This document shows, one piece after another, positions 1 through 10,779 of a DNA stretch of 64,000 nt. The notes below the pieces were generated by a model, which worked only from the letters and a program-made list of their open reading frames with translations, had not been told where the DNA came from and did not search any database. The first letter of the stretch is position 1. Each line of letters begins with the position of its first letter. Position numbers and translations under genes: made by a program. Source of the DNA: Chloroflexota bacterium (GTDB taxonomy: Bacteria; Chloroflexota; UBA11872; VXOZ01). The DNA is taken from contig OY760183.1 in assembly GCA_963663275.1 (NCBI GenBank), positions 416,001 to 480,000 of the forward strand, written 5' to 3'.

Positions 1-394
1 CATCTACTCCTTGCCCTGGATCCGGGATGGCGTTGAAGGCGCTGAATGGCAAGCCATTACCGCCCTCTATGACGCATCGACGCGCACGCCACACTTCATC
101 TCTGAATTGATCTTGTATCCGTGGGTGCGAGACGGCCTCAACAAGGACGAACAAGACAGGGTTCGGAAACTCATGCAGGACAACTATTAGGAACCGGCAA
201 TGCCCGAACGAACCGGCGGCGTTCTCCTTTGTCAAGAGTGCTGCCATTTGACGATAGCAGTGCGTTCGCCGCGCAGGCGCTGAGCCGGCTCAACAACCTC
301 CGTGCATTGAACGAACCGGATCATCGTCCGGCTGGTCTTGTCACACCTATCTCCGCCGCAGACTCCGCGGCCGATGCTTGACTAGTCGAGACGC

Positions 395-1612
395 TCATTC
401 CGCTTCGGCATCGTCTCTTTGCCGTTCTTCCTGGGTGCGCAGGGTATCCAGTTTCAGCAGTTGGCGGTCCATGGCGCGGCGTCTGGTGCCGGTGAGGGTA
501 TCGAAGTCGTTGGACAGGCGTTGGAAGTCGGTTTCCAGCTTATCCAGGGCCGCGGCGTAGCGCGACCATTCTTTAGAGAACGCGGTCAGCAAGGCGTGCA
601 TCTCGCCCGCCGCCTGTTGCATCGCGAAGAACTCGGCCGCCTGGCGAATCACGCTCAGCACGCCGAACAGGCTGAACGGCGAGCAGAGGATCACCCGGCT
701 TTGCAGGCTGTGTTCCAGCAGCGCGGCGTCGCGTTGCAGGATGAAGCCGTACACCTGTTCCAGCGGGATGAAGAGCAGGGCGCAATCCACCGTATTGGCG
801 GCCGGGTCGATGTATTCGCGGGAGGCCACCGCCTTCACGTGGCCGCGCACGTCGCGCAGAAACTGCTGCTCCAGCCGCTCCCGCGCTTCATCGGACTCCG
901 CCTCCAGCGCGCGCAGGTAGTTATCCAGCGGGAACTTGACGTCCATGTTCAGGCAGAGCGCCTTGGGCAGGGTGAAGGTGAAGTCCGGGCGCGTGCCGGC
1001 CGCGGTGGTGGTCTGCTTGGTGTAGTGGATGTTGGGCAGCAGGCCGGCGGCGCGCAGCACGTCCTCGGCCATGCGCTCGCCCCACGCGCCCCGGGCGCGG
1101 CTGTTCGCCAGGGTCTCGCGCAGGCTCTGGGTGGTCTCCGTCAGCCGCTGGGTCTGTGCGGCGGTATTGCGGATTTCCGTCGTCAGGGCGCTCAGCCGCT
1201 CACCGCTCTGCGCCTGCACGTCGGTCATGAGCGTCCGCACCTGCTCCAGCGTGCCGCCCATCTGTTCGAGTTGCTGGTCGATCAGGCGCTTCTTGCCCTC
1301 CAGTTCCTGGGCGGTCTGCGTCTGCTGCGCGCCGAGTTGGCTCTTGGCGATCTCCACCAGTTGGTTGGTGCTCTGGTTAAGCGCCTGCAAAGAGAGCGTG
1401 CCGAACTGGTCGGCCACCTGCTGCAGCAGCGCCTGCGCCTGTTCCTGCTGGGCGCGCTCGGCCTGGCCGCGGATCTGTTCGCCAATCTCCTCGGCAGTGC
1501 GCCCGCGCCAGAGACCCACCAGCCAGGCCAGGACGAGACCGAAGATCAGTCCGATAACCAGCCCGCCTATGCCGCCGATGATGAGTTCGGCGAAATCGAT
1601 TGCGCTATTCAT
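395..1612 (-). CDS. rmuC: DNA recombination protein RmuC
   Basis: N-terminal TM helix, coiled coil, RGAWGE, RPDF..LP, MDVKFPL and LFIP.E motifs of the RmuC family. Confidence 0.9.
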   Translation of the reverse strand: MNSAIDFAELIIGGIGGLVIGLIFGLVLAWLVGLWRGRTAEEIGEQIRGQAERAQQEQAQALLQQVADQFGTLSLQALNQSTNQLVEIAKSQLGAQQTQTAQELEGKKRLIDQQLEQMGGTLEQVRTLMTDVQAQSGERLSALTTEIRNTAAQTQRLTETTQSLRETLANSRARGAWGERMAEDVLRAAGLLPNIHYTKQTTTAAGTRPDFTFTLPKALCLNMDVKFPLDNYLRALEAESDEARERLEQQFLRDVRGHVKAVASREYIDPAANTVDCALLFIPLEQVYGFILQRDAALLEHSLQSRVILCSPFSLFGVLSVIRQAAEFFAMQQAAGEMHALLTAFSKEWSRYAAALDKLETDFQRLSNDFDTLTGTRRRAMDRQLLKLDTLRTQEERQRDDAEAE

Positions 1613-1620
1613 GCCAACAT

Positions 1621-1848
1621 CCCCTCACCCCGGCCCTCTCCCCCAGGAGAGGGAGTGGAAAGAGTCCTTCTTGCCCCCTCTCCCCACGGAGAGGGGGCGG
1701 ACAGCGTTTTCTTGTCCCCTCTCCCCACGGAGAGGGAATGGACAGCGTCTTTCTTCTCCCCTCTCCCAAAGGGAGAGGGTTAGGGTGAGGGTCTGCCGGC
1801 TGCCTTCCTTGCCTTTTCTCCTCACCCCGGCCCTCTCTCCAGGGAGAG
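1621..1848. repeat. Cluster of CCCTCACCCCGGCCCTCTCCC-loop-GGGAGAGGG REP-like hairpins (family E)
   Basis: Several copies visible here; same motif at about 7530-7600, 8676, 13907, 24612, 35023-35140, 37713-37900, 38688 and 60160-60295. Confidence 0.85.
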
Positions 1849-1989
1849 GGGGTATGTATTCTATAATCGGCTTCACGTGTCATTCCGAACGGAGCGCAGC
1901 GGAGAGAGGAATCTAAGCCGTCTCCCTGCAAGAATTTCCCCTTTAGATTCCTCGTTCCGCTCGGAATGACACTTGCCTACCCCTGTCAG
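1849..1989. mobile_element. MITE family A copy (left TIR truncated)
   Basis: Ends in TGCCTACCCCTGTCAG; internal GTCATTCCGA..GGAATCT palindrome pair. Confidence 0.75.
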
Positions 1990-2131
1990 CCCCAGAGAGA
2001 GGGAGAATAGAGAGTTCTTCTTGTCTCCTCCCAGGGAGCGGGAGCCATTCGCGCCCGCCGCATCCCTTATGCCAAGCCCCGGCGCGCCCGTTCGCATCCC
2101 TCCAGGCCCCGGGGCGCGCCGGTTGTCTTCC

Positions 2132-2926
2132 TCACGCCAGGCCGCGGCGCGCGCCGGCGTCGATGTCTATCGACGTGCCCGTAATCATCGCCGCGTCGTC
2201 GGAAACCAGGAACGCCACCAGGTTGGCCACGTCTGCCGGCGCGGTCACGCGGCCCAGGGGGTTTGGCGCGCGCATCTCCGCCGCCGCCTCGTGCGCCGGC
2301 ACGCCTTGCAGCCGTTCGATCTGGGCGGCCATATCGTCGATCAGGCCGGTTTCCGTCAGGCCGGGATTTACCATCACCACGCGGATGCGGTCCTGGGCCA
2401 CCTCATCGGCAAACGTCTTCGTAAACGCCAGCAGGCCGGCGTTCATCACACTGGCGATCGCCAGCCTGGTGGAAGGATCGTGCGCCGAGCCGCCGCCGAC
2501 CAGCACAATCGCGCCGCCGCCGCTTTGGCGCAGGTAGGGCACGGCCTCGCGCGCGGCGCGGATGTAGCCCACCAGTTTCAGGCGGATTTGCTCCTCCCAG
2601 GCGGCGTCCGGCACGTCCAGCGTGCCGCCGATTACGCCGCCGCCCGCGCAGGCCACCAGCGCGTCCAGCCGTCCCAGTTGCGCGTGGGCCGCGCGCAGTC
2701 CGGCCTGCACCTCGTCGAGTCGAGTCACGTCGGCGGTCACGCCCACGGCGCGGCGGCCGCTCTCCGCCGCGATAGCCTGGGCCGCCTCCCGTACGGTATC
2801 CGGCGTGCGCGCCAGCAGCGCCACGTCCGCGCCCCGCCCGGCCAGCGTGTGCCCGATCGCTTTGCCGATGCCCCGGCTGCCGCCCGTAACAGCGGCCGCG
2901 CGGCCCTCGAAAGTCCGCGAATCCAT
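2132..2926 (-). CDS. Short-chain dehydrogenase/reductase (atypical active site)
   Basis: TGGSRGIG Rossmann motif, VNPG, GTSIDIDAG; no YxxxK (ASVMN instead). Confidence 0.9.
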   Translation of the reverse strand: MDSRTFEGRAAAVTGGSRGIGKAIGHTLAGRGADVALLARTPDTVREAAQAIAAESGRRAVGVTADVTRLDEVQAGLRAAHAQLGRLDALVACAGGGVIGGTLDVPDAAWEEQIRLKLVGYIRAAREAVPYLRQSGGGAIVLVGGGSAHDPSTRLAIASVMNAGLLAFTKTFADEVAQDRIRVVMVNPGLTETGLIDDMAAQIERLQGVPAHEAAAEMRAPNPLGRVTAPADVANLVAFLVSDDAAMITGTSIDIDAGARRGLA

Positions 2927-3242
2927 TGCTCTTCTCCCGAATTCATGGCGGCGCCGGGCGCGCCCGGCGCCGTGCTTGTTGGCTACACTGCATTCATGTT
3001 ATAATTGTTGAAGCGTATAGGCGCTATTTGTCAGATGTACGCAATCATGATTGCGATTATTCAAAGAGTATTCTGCACTTTGCGTTTAGCCGCGCCTTGC
3101 TCGCTTGCGGCGCAATTGATACAATGAGTCCTATGTAGCATAGCCTATCCCGCCAATTGCCGCTGCCGGCGGCAATACCGCGCCGGCCGCCCGGCGGAGC
3201 GCGCGGCGCGGAGCGAGACCCGATCTACCTTACGCAGTTCGC

Positions 3243-5201
3243 ATGGATGGAGAGAAGACCGTGGCCAGATGGCAGAAGATCGCGTTGCTGATTGTCGTAT
3301 TGGCGGCGCTCGCGGCCGCGGGGCGGTTCGTCGTCTTCCCGCGCCTGACCGGCGGCAGCGGCGACGCGGTTGCGGTGGAAGAGACGACCTTCGTCATCAT
3401 CGGCCGGGGGACGCTCAAGTCCACGGTCACCGCCTCGGGCAGCATCGTCTATCCGGAGCAGGTGGCGCTCGGCTTTCCGGTCTCGGCGGACTTGCGTGAG
3501 ATTCTGGTCGCCGTGGGCGACCAGGTGGCGGAAGGCGCGCCGCTGGCCTCCATCGACGATACCGATCTGCGGGTCATCGTGCGCGAGAGAGAAGCCGACC
3601 TCCGCACCGCCGAACTGAACTACGAGAAACTGGCGGAACCGGCCCGCGCTGAAGACGTGCGCACCAAAGAACTCGCCGTCGCCGACGCCGAAGCCAGGCT
3701 GGCGGAACTGCTGGACGGCCCCGAGCAAACCGCCGTCAACGACGCGGAAACGGCCGTGCTCAGCGCCCAGGTCGCCTACGATCGAGCCAGCGCCTCGCTG
3801 CAAGCCCTGCTCAATCCTAAGGAGAGCGACGTGGCTGCCGCCCGCAACGAGGTCAAGAACGCGGAAGCGTCCCTGGCGGCGGCGCAGGAGAACCTGGACG
3901 CCCTGCGCGCCGGCGGCACCAACGCCCGCATCAAGAGCGCCGAAAACGCCATGCGCATCGCGAATAACCGCCTGAACGAGGAAAGAGAGCGCATCAAGAC
4001 CAAGATCGACGACCTCCTGGAAGAGTTGGAGGACGCCGAAGAACGCCTGGTGGACGCCAAAGAAGACAATGACCAACAGGACAACGCCTTCACCCGCCGC
4101 GCCCTGGAAGAGGCGCAAGAGGACTACGACGAGGTGAAGGAGCGCGTGGACGAAGAGGTGGCGGAATTGGAGCAGCAACTCCTGCCGGGCCCGCCCTCCG
4201 ACACGACCGCGGCGGAACTGACCGGCGCGGCGCGCGAGGCGCGGTTGGCCTATGAAAACGCCCGTGTGTCGGCTATGGACGGCGAGGAAGCGGCCCAGCG
4301 CAGCGTGGAGAGCGCCGCGCGCACCCTGACGGCCGCCAAGGATAGGCTGGACGCCTTGCTCAACCCCGATGCGGCCGACGTGACCCTGGCCGAAAAAGAA
4401 GTGGAAAGCGCCCGCCTGACCCTGGAAAACGCCCAGGACAATCGCAACGAGGTGCTGGAAGGCCCGAAGAGCGATGAAGTGGAGAGGGCGCGCAACGATC
4501 TGGAACTCAAACGCCTCGACCTGCAAGAGACCCGCGCCGGCGCCGCCTCCGAAGACCTGGAGTTGGAAGGCCTGAAGGTCGAACGCGCCCGCCGCAACCT
4601 GGAAGCCGCCCAGCAAGACCTGGCGGACGCCACCCTGCGCGCGCCCTACGCCGGCGTGGTGGCTGAAGTGCAAGGCAACGTGGGCCAGAAACCGGGCGCC
4701 GTCGTGGTCACGCTGGTGCGCACCGACCGGGTGGAAATGCACGCCCGCGTGGATGAGGCGGACGTGACCAGCGTGATGAAAGGCCAGCCGGTCTCCGTCA
4801 CCCTGTTCGCCGCGGCCGACGCGACCTTCGCCGGTACCGTGGATACCATTTCGCCCGTCTCCACCACCGAGCAGGGCGTGGTGCTCTATCCCATTACCAT
4901 CCGGCTGGAACCGGGCGACCCGCGCCTGCGCGGCGGACTTTCCGCCAACGCTACCATCGAAATCGCCAGCCGCAACAACATCCTGCTGGTGCCGAACCGC
5001 GCCATCCGGCGGGAGGGCGACGAGCGCGTGATCTACGTGCGGCAGAGCGGCAATATCCTGGAGCGGCGCGTGGTCGAGATTGGCGTGCGCGATAACGAAT
5101 ACTCCGAAATCGTGAGCGGCGTGAGCGAAGGTGAAGAGGTGGCGATTCTGCCGCGCACCGGCGGCACGATCGGCAGCGGCTTCGACGTGCGCACCCGCTA
5201 A
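3243..5201 (+). CDS. Efflux membrane-fusion/adaptor protein (MacA/YknX-like) with very long coiled coil
   Basis: N-terminal TM, VGDQVAEGAPLA lipoyl half-motif, LRAPYAGVV, VDEADV, LLVPNRAI; operon with ABC ATPase and permease. Confidence 0.88.
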   Translation: MDGEKTVARWQKIALLIVVLAALAAAGRFVVFPRLTGGSGDAVAVEETTFVIIGRGTLKSTVTASGSIVYPEQVALGFPVSADLREILVAVGDQVAEGAPLASIDDTDLRVIVREREADLRTAELNYEKLAEPARAEDVRTKELAVADAEARLAELLDGPEQTAVNDAETAVLSAQVAYDRASASLQALLNPKESDVAAARNEVKNAEASLAAAQENLDALRAGGTNARIKSAENAMRIANNRLNEERERIKTKIDDLLEELEDAEERLVDAKEDNDQQDNAFTRRALEEAQEDYDEVKERVDEEVAELEQQLLPGPPSDTTAAELTGAAREARLAYENARVSAMDGEEAAQRSVESAARTLTAAKDRLDALLNPDAADVTLAEKEVESARLTLENAQDNRNEVLEGPKSDEVERARNDLELKRLDLQETRAGAASEDLELEGLKVERARRNLEAAQQDLADATLRAPYAGVVAEVQGNVGQKPGAVVVTLVRTDRVEMHARVDEADVTSVMKGQPVSVTLFAAADATFAGTVDTISPVSTTEQGVVLYPITIRLEPGDPRLRGGLSANATIEIASRNNILLVPNRAIRREGDERVIYVRQSGNILERRVVEIGVRDNEYSEIVSGVSEGEEVAILPRTGGTIGSGFDVRTR

Positions 5202-5306
5202 CCGCCCGCGGCGTGCACGGCGGGCGCGGCAGCACTACGGCCCGCCGCCCGCAAGCGTCGTGCGAAAGCCGCACGCAAGCGCCGCGCGAAAGCTGAGAAG
5301 AGAGCC

Positions 5307-6251
5307 ATGCGCCAGACGGTAATCGAAACCACCGAACTCAGAAAGACCTACGTGATGGGCGATTCTGAGATCCACGCCCTGGACGGCGTCTCCATTCAGA
5401 TTGGGCGGGGCGAACTGCTGGCAATCACCGGCCCTTCCGGCTCCGGCAAGTCCACGCTCATGAACATCCTCGGCTGCCTGGACCGCCCGGACGGCGGCGT
5501 CTACCGGCTGGAAGGCGAAGACGTCTCCACCCTCAACGACAACCGCCTGGCGGAAATCCGCAGCCGCAAGATTGGGTTCGTCTTCCAATCGTTCAATCTG
5601 CTGCCCCGCGTCAACGCCCTGGAGCAAGTGGAACTGCCGCTGCTCTACGGCGGCGGCCAGCGCGAACAGCCGCAAGAGCCGCCGGCCGCGCCCGGCGCAG
5701 GCCGCGAGGGCGCCGCGCTCACCGGCCAACGCGAACAGCGCGCCGCCGTGGCCCGCAAACTGCTGCTGCAGCGCGGCGGCAGCCGCTGGCGCGACCGCGC
5801 CCGCGAAGCCCTGATTGCCGTGGGCCTGGAAGACCGCATGAACCACAAGCCCACGGAACTCTCCGGCGGCCAGCAGCAGCGCGTCGCCATCGCCCGCGCC
5901 CTGGTCACCGACCCGGCCATCATCCTGGCCGACGAACCCACCGGCAACCTGGATTCCCGCACCAGCGACGAGCTTATGGCCCTGCTGCTCACCCTCAACA
6001 GCGACCGGGGCATTACGGTGGTCTTCATCACCCACGAGGACGAGATCGCGCGCCGCACCAACCGCATCATCCGCATGATGGACGGCCGCATTGCCGCCGA
6101 GGAGCGCGGAGATATGGCTGGCGGACCGGTTTCCGCCGCAGCGGTACGTTTCGGTGATGCCGCGGTGAATGCGCCAACCGGTGGCGGCGCGCCGCCTCTT
6201 GGGCGCGCGGAATCAGCGCCGTCACGTCAGCCTGGTGAGGCGCGCTCGTGA
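5307..6251 (+). CDS. MacB/LolD-type ABC transporter ATP-binding protein
   Basis: [42 protein letters not shown]. Confidence 0.93.
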   Translation: MRQTVIETTELRKTYVMGDSEIHALDGVSIQIGRGELLAITGPSGSGKSTLMNILGCLDRPDGGVYRLEGEDVSTLNDNRLAEIRSRKIGFVFQSFNLLPRVNALEQVELPLLYGGGQREQPQEPPAAPGAGREGAALTGQREQRAAVARKLLLQRGGSRWRDRAREALIAVGLEDRMNHKPTELSGGQQQRVAIARALVTDPAIILADEPTGNLDSRTSDELMALLLTLNSDRGITVVFITHEDEIARRTNRIIRMMDGRIAAEERGDMAGGPVSAAAVRFGDAAVNAPTGGGAPPLGRAESAPSRQPGEARS

Positions 6252-7504
6252 ATTTTGCCACGCTAAAGGTAGCAATCAGCGCGCTGGCCGCCAATAAACT
6301 GCGCACGAGCCTGACCCTGCTGGGCATGATCATCGGCGTGGCCTCGGTCACCGCCCTCATGTCGATCGGGCGGGGCGTAGAGAAGCAGATCACCGGCGAA
6401 CTGCAAGCGACCGGCACCAACGTGCTCTTCATCTTCAGCGGACGGCCCAGCGGTTCTTCCAGCGAGAGGCCGACAGAACCGCTCACGTACGACGACGCGC
6501 TTGCGCTCGAAGAGTTGACGTGGGATGGAACGCTTGAAGGAGTGGCCGCGACGGGCAGCGAGCGCAACCTGAACGTGGTGGTGCGCGACAGAGATACGCG
6601 CGTCTCCGTGAGCGGCGTGACCGCCAGCTATCTGGCGGTGAATAATCTCACGCTGGCGTACGGACAGCCGCTTTCCGACGCGGATCTGGACGCCCGCGCC
6701 ACCGTGGCCGTGCTGGGCGCCAACGTGGCCGCGGAACTGTTCCCGGAGGACGATCCGATCGACCAGACCATCCGCGCCGAAAACCTGCGCTTGCGCGTGA
6801 TTGGCGTGCTGGAGGAGCAAGGCGGCGGCGCTTTCGGCGGCAGTCCCGACGACGTGGTGCTCATCCCGATCACAACCGCCCACGCCCGCCTGAGCAGATG
6901 GGTAACCGCCCGGGGCGAACAGCCGGTCAACAGCATCAGCGTGGAACTAATGGACGCGGAAGAAGAGACGATCAATGCCGGCTCGGCCGCGATCCGGCAA
7001 GTCCTGCGCGAGCGCCACGAGATTCCCGATGAGGAAGATGACGACTTCATCATCATCAGCCCCACGGACCTCATCGCGGCGGTCAGCGGGGCCTTGGCGG
7101 TCTTCACAGCCTTCCTGGGCGCGATTGCCGGCATATCCTTGCTCGTAGGCGGCATCGGCATCATGAACATCATGCTCGTCTCCGTTACCGAACGCACCCG
7201 CGAGATCGGCATCCGCAAGGCGGTGGGCGCGAAACGACGGGACATCCTCGTCCAGTTTCTCGTCGAAAGCGTCGTGGTGAGCATATTGGGAGGCGTGCTG
7301 GGGATTCTGTTCGGCGCCTTGATCTCCTTCGGCATCGCCCAGATTCCGCTGGGCGGCGAAGGCGAAACCCTGCAAACGGCGGTGACGCTGGACATCATCC
7401 TGCTGGCCGTGAGCGTCTCGGCCACGGTGGGCATCTTCTTCGGCATCTACCCCGCCAACCGCGCCGCCCGCCTCGACCCCATCCAGGCCCTGCGCTACGA
7501 ATAA
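6248..7504 (+). CDS. MacB/FtsX-family ABC permease
   Basis: [55 protein letters not shown]; GTGA overlap with ATPase. Confidence 0.93.
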   Translation: MNFATLKVAISALAANKLRTSLTLLGMIIGVASVTALMSIGRGVEKQITGELQATGTNVLFIFSGRPSGSSSERPTEPLTYDDALALEELTWDGTLEGVAATGSERNLNVVVRDRDTRVSVSGVTASYLAVNNLTLAYGQPLSDADLDARATVAVLGANVAAELFPEDDPIDQTIRAENLRLRVIGVLEEQGGGAFGGSPDDVVLIPITTAHARLSRWVTARGEQPVNSISVELMDAEEETINAGSAAIRQVLRERHEIPDEEDDDFIIISPTDLIAAVSGALAVFTAFLGAIAGISLLVGGIGIMNIMLVSVTERTREIGIRKAVGAKRRDILVQFLVESVVVSILGGVLGILFGALISFGIAQIPLGGEGETLQTAVTLDIILLAVSVSATVGIFFGIYPANRAARLDPIQALRYE

Positions 7505-7640
7505 CCGTCCCGCAACCCCGGGGCCTCCTGTCCCCTCTCCCCATGGGAACTCGGGAGCCTCTTGTCCCCTCTCCCCGTGGGAGAGGGTTAGGGTGAGGGT
7601 GAATCGGCTCCTATGGGACTAACTGACAGGGAGTACCACT

Positions 7641-8252
7641 GTGAAACAAGAAACTTCGTACGACGAGCGGTATGCCGCCCAGGAGTACCATTGGGGCACA
7701 AAACCCTCCGCCATTTGCCAGCGAGTCCTGCGGTTGGCGCCGTCTGACGGGCCGGTGTCGCTGCTTGATATTGGCTGTGGCGAAGGCAGAAACGCCGTCT
7801 ACTTTGCGCGCAACGGCTATGCGGTTACGGCGTTCGATCTGGCGGAGGCAGGGGTGGCAAAGACCAAGCGCCTCGCCGCCGCCGCGAGTGTGCCGCTTGC
7901 GGTCTATCAGGCCGACATGAATGAGCACCGGCTGGAAAAGGACTTCGACGTCCTGTTCTCAACCGGCGTGCTGCACCTTGTGCCCCGCGGGCTGCGACAG
8001 GAGGTCTTCTGCCACTACAAGCGGCACACGAATTGCGGCGGGCTGAACGTCTTCTCCGTTTTCGTCCGCAAACCCTTCATTGGCAAAGCGCCTGATAGTG
8101 ATCCGGGCGCGGAGCCCTGGCTCTCGGGGGAACTCCTGACGCTCTACCATGATTGGAAGATCGAGTACTGCACTGAAGAGATCTTCGACTGCATGTCCGG
8201 CGGCATTCCGCATCAGCACGCGATGAACCGGATGATAGCGCGGAAGCCATAG
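7641..8252 (+). CDS. Class I SAM-dependent methyltransferase (TehB-like)
   Basis: LLDIGCGEGRNAVYFA motif I, VTAFD. Confidence 0.85.
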   Translation: MKQETSYDERYAAQEYHWGTKPSAICQRVLRLAPSDGPVSLLDIGCGEGRNAVYFARNGYAVTAFDLAEAGVAKTKRLAAAASVPLAVYQADMNEHRLEKDFDVLFSTGVLHLVPRGLRQEVFCHYKRHTNCGGLNVFSVFVRKPFIGKAPDSDPGAEPWLSGELLTLYHDWKIEYCTEEIFDCMSGGIPHQHAMNRMIARKP

Positions 8253-8278
8253 CGCCCCGCGCCTGCCCCCTGCGAGAA

Positions 8279-8437
8279 CTGATAGGGGTATGTATCCTAT
8301 ATCCGACTTCACGTGTCATTCCGAACGGAGCGCAGCGGAGAGTCGCTAAGAGCGCGGATTCTAGAGATGCTGATTTTGCAGCGTGGCAACTTAGATTCCT
8401 CTCTCCGCTCGGAATGACATTTACATACCCCTGTGAG
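8279..8437. mobile_element. MITE family A, diverged copy
   Basis: CTGATAGGGGTA...TACCCCTGTGAG termini; flanked by CCCTGCGAGA duplication. Confidence 0.75.
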
Positions 8438-8704
8438 CCCTGCGAGAGGGATTAGTCCTCACCCCATTGCCGCCGCCTGGAACTGATCAGCGCCGTACTG
8501 CCCGTTCGTGCTGAGCCCGTCGAAGTATGAACGGGCAGTACCGTGCGGCATAGCCAACCCGCCGCTCACCTTTCCACAGGCTCAATGCCTGCCCCGTACC
8601 TGACACGGGGACGAACGGCCACGCGCGTGCTCATCCACTTCTCAAGACTTGGTGAGACAGTGGAGTACATTACCCCCTCACCCCGGCCCTCTCCCCGGGG
8701 AGAG

Positions 8705-8850
8705 CTGACAGGGGAAGGCAAGTGTCATTCCGAGCGGAGCGAGGAATCTAGAACCGACGTTTTTGCAGCGAAAGCCTTAGATTCCTCTCTCCGCTGCGCT
8801 CCGCTCGGAATGACACGTGAAGTCGGATGTAGAATGCCTACCCCTGTCAG
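8705..8850. mobile_element. MITE family A (146 bp)
   Basis: TIR CTGACAGGGG(A/T)AGGCA / TGCCTACCCCTGTCAG; CCCCGGGGAGAG duplicated on both sides; nearly identical to 10559-10704. Confidence 0.88.
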
Positions 8851-8885
8851 CCCCGGGGAGAGGGAGTCATCTTCGCACGCTAGAG

Positions 8886-10388
8886 TCAGGCACTAACCCA
8901 GACTGGCGTCGTCCAGGCGCACTGGCCGTTGCGGGCGGCCAGGCGGACGTAATAGTAGTCCGTGGGCCGTTCCGGTTCGGTATCCACCACGGCAGCGCCA
9001 AACGTGTAGTCTTGCGCGGGCACGGCGCGGTGGATGCGCACGGCCGGGCTGCGGAAGCCATCGGTATGGTGGGCGCGGGTGGCGGTCAGCAGGTCGGCCA
9101 AGGTGTGTTCCGCCGTGTAGCCGTTGGCGGTCAGCGTCAAGGTCGCCCCCACCGGCATCTCCACGTGGAGGACAAGACCCTGGGTGGTAGGGTGGCGGGT
9201 GGTCACGTTGCCGCGAGTTACCGAACGCCACGCCGCGTGTTGCGCCGACTGTTCCTCCACGGCGTGGGGGATGGTCTCGGCCACGCCTTCCACCTGCTCG
9301 TGGCGCAACACCGGATCGCCGCGGAAGCACGTTTCGCAATCCAGGATTTCACCGTCGTTCACCCGCGCCGCCATCTCCCAGTGCGCGTCCTGGTCTACCG
9401 CCGACCAGCCCCACTCCAGGCGCACCTTGGCCCGCAGGCGGCGGCTCTCGTCCGGCAGGGTGTAGCTGGGCAACGGCGCCCAGCGCCGCCAGACCCGGCT
9501 GTTCTTGATAACCTCGATCGTATCCCAGAAGTCGGCACCCTCCGCGCTGACGCTGATTTGCCGCTTGCTGCCCTGGGTCTCGCCGCCCAGCATAGCCTCG
9601 TTCACGTGGAACCCCAGCGCCATCTTGTCGCCGGTCACCGCGTAGGTGCGGCGGTTCCAGAGGGCGTCCCAGACGGCGTCCCGCGAAAGTTCAGCGGCGT
9701 AGACCGCCAGCCGGCCGTCGCCGTAAGATCCCGGATAGCCGGAGTGCTGGTCGGTGGAGGCCACGATGCCGAAGCGATGACCCCGCTCCAGCCCCGCCTG
9801 GATGGTGCTGTCGTGGTCGCGGGGGCCCATGGTGTTCAGCATGGGATAGGGCGCTTCGTCGCTCTCCGAACAGCCGTGCATCGAATAGGTCTCGACGATG
9901 GGCGAGTGCGCCGGATCGTAGGCGTCCCAGTTGATGCCGCGCCCGCCCAGCGGATAGCCGATGTGGTGAGGTTCCAGGATGAACGGCTGCCCGGTCTCGA
10001 TGAGGCTACTGCGCAGGTCTTCCAAAGTATCGCCGCCCAGCAGCGGCCCGTGCGTGCCCTTGTACAGCACGTGGTGGTCGCCGTAGCCCCGCGAGTGCCA
10101 CTCGTAGCTGAGAAACGGGATAAAGCCCCCGCCGTCGTCGAACGACGCGAACGTCTCCTGCACGGTGTCCCAACCGGCGTGCAGTTTGGCGAAGCCGGCC
10201 TGGTGGTAGTCGATGATCGCGCCGAACTTCTCCCGGTCGGTGGGGATGTCCGGCCAGAAGGCGTGGCCGGTGACGGACGCAAAGTCAAGCTGCTGCCGCG
10301 CCAGCGTCAGCGCCCGCTCCAGGCTGCCGTGCCCGTAGCTGATGCCGCAGTGGTTGTGAATGTCTCCCCAATAGAGTTGGTATTGCAT
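8886..10388 (-). CDS. PHP-like metallohydrolase (DUF3604-like)
   Basis: WGDIHNH, VTGH, SYEW, PHH, YSMHG, STDQH and RRTYA motifs; C-terminal beta domain YYYVRL..WTTPVWV. Confidence 0.75.
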   Translation of the reverse strand: MQYQLYWGDIHNHCGISYGHGSLERALTLARQQLDFASVTGHAFWPDIPTDREKFGAIIDYHQAGFAKLHAGWDTVQETFASFDDGGGFIPFLSYEWHSRGYGDHHVLYKGTHGPLLGGDTLEDLRSSLIETGQPFILEPHHIGYPLGGRGINWDAYDPAHSPIVETYSMHGCSESDEAPYPMLNTMGPRDHDSTIQAGLERGHRFGIVASTDQHSGYPGSYGDGRLAVYAAELSRDAVWDALWNRRTYAVTGDKMALGFHVNEAMLGGETQGSKRQISVSAEGADFWDTIEVIKNSRVWRRWAPLPSYTLPDESRRLRAKVRLEWGWSAVDQDAHWEMAARVNDGEILDCETCFRGDPVLRHEQVEGVAETIPHAVEEQSAQHAAWRSVTRGNVTTRHPTTQGLVLHVEMPVGATLTLTANGYTAEHTLADLLTATRAHHTDGFRSPAVRIHRAVPAQDYTFGAAVVDTEPERPTDYYYVRLAARNGQCAWTTPVWVSA

Positions 10389-10440
10389 GAAGGACTCCTC
10401 ATCTCCTTTTGGCGCCCTTACTCGTGCCGCGCTGTCTATG

Positions 10441-10737
10441 AAGACCTTTGCACAACTCCGTCATTCCGGCGCAAGCCGGAATCCAGGCCACTCTTACAAC
10501 TAAACATGGCATGAAGTCAATCCCTTTCACCCCCATCCCAACCTTCCCCCTCGATGGGCTGACAGGGGTAGGCAAGTGTCATTCCGAGCGGAGCGAGGAA
10601 TCTAGAACCGACGTTTTTGCAGCGAAAGCCTTAGATTCCTCTCTCCGCTGCGCTCCGCTCGGAATGACACGTGAAGTCGGATGTAGAATGCCTACCCCTG
10701 TCAGCCCTCGATGGGGAAGGGGTTATGCAAAGGTCTC
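10441..10737. mobile_element. MITE family B with nested family A copy (10559-10704)
   Basis: (G/A)AGACCTTTGCA...TGCAAAGGTCTC TIRs; 297 bp = 140 (empty B) + 146 (A) + 11 (CCCTCGATGGG duplication). Confidence 0.88.
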
Positions 10738-10779
10738 CTATAGGTTTGGATTTTCGCGGACCGGAGCGGCTGATGGCAT

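Noticed and set aside
1-394. ORF 121-381 and possible gene start at the window edge
   Set aside because: No recognisable motifs; CAT at 1-3 with a GGGAG-like RBS suggests a minus-strand gene leaving the window, which cannot be characterised
419-1783. Long antisense ORFs (also 3225-4742, 8817-10514, 14118-15443, 27182-28699, 41237-42769, 56729-58330)
   Set aside because: Shadow frames of high-GC genes with no motifs; the opposite strand carries recognisable proteins
7505-8900. Integron cassette array (single genes separated by palindromes)
   Set aside because: No intI, no consistent RYYYAAC/GTTRRRY attC cores, mixed gene orientations, and the same repeats flank core genes
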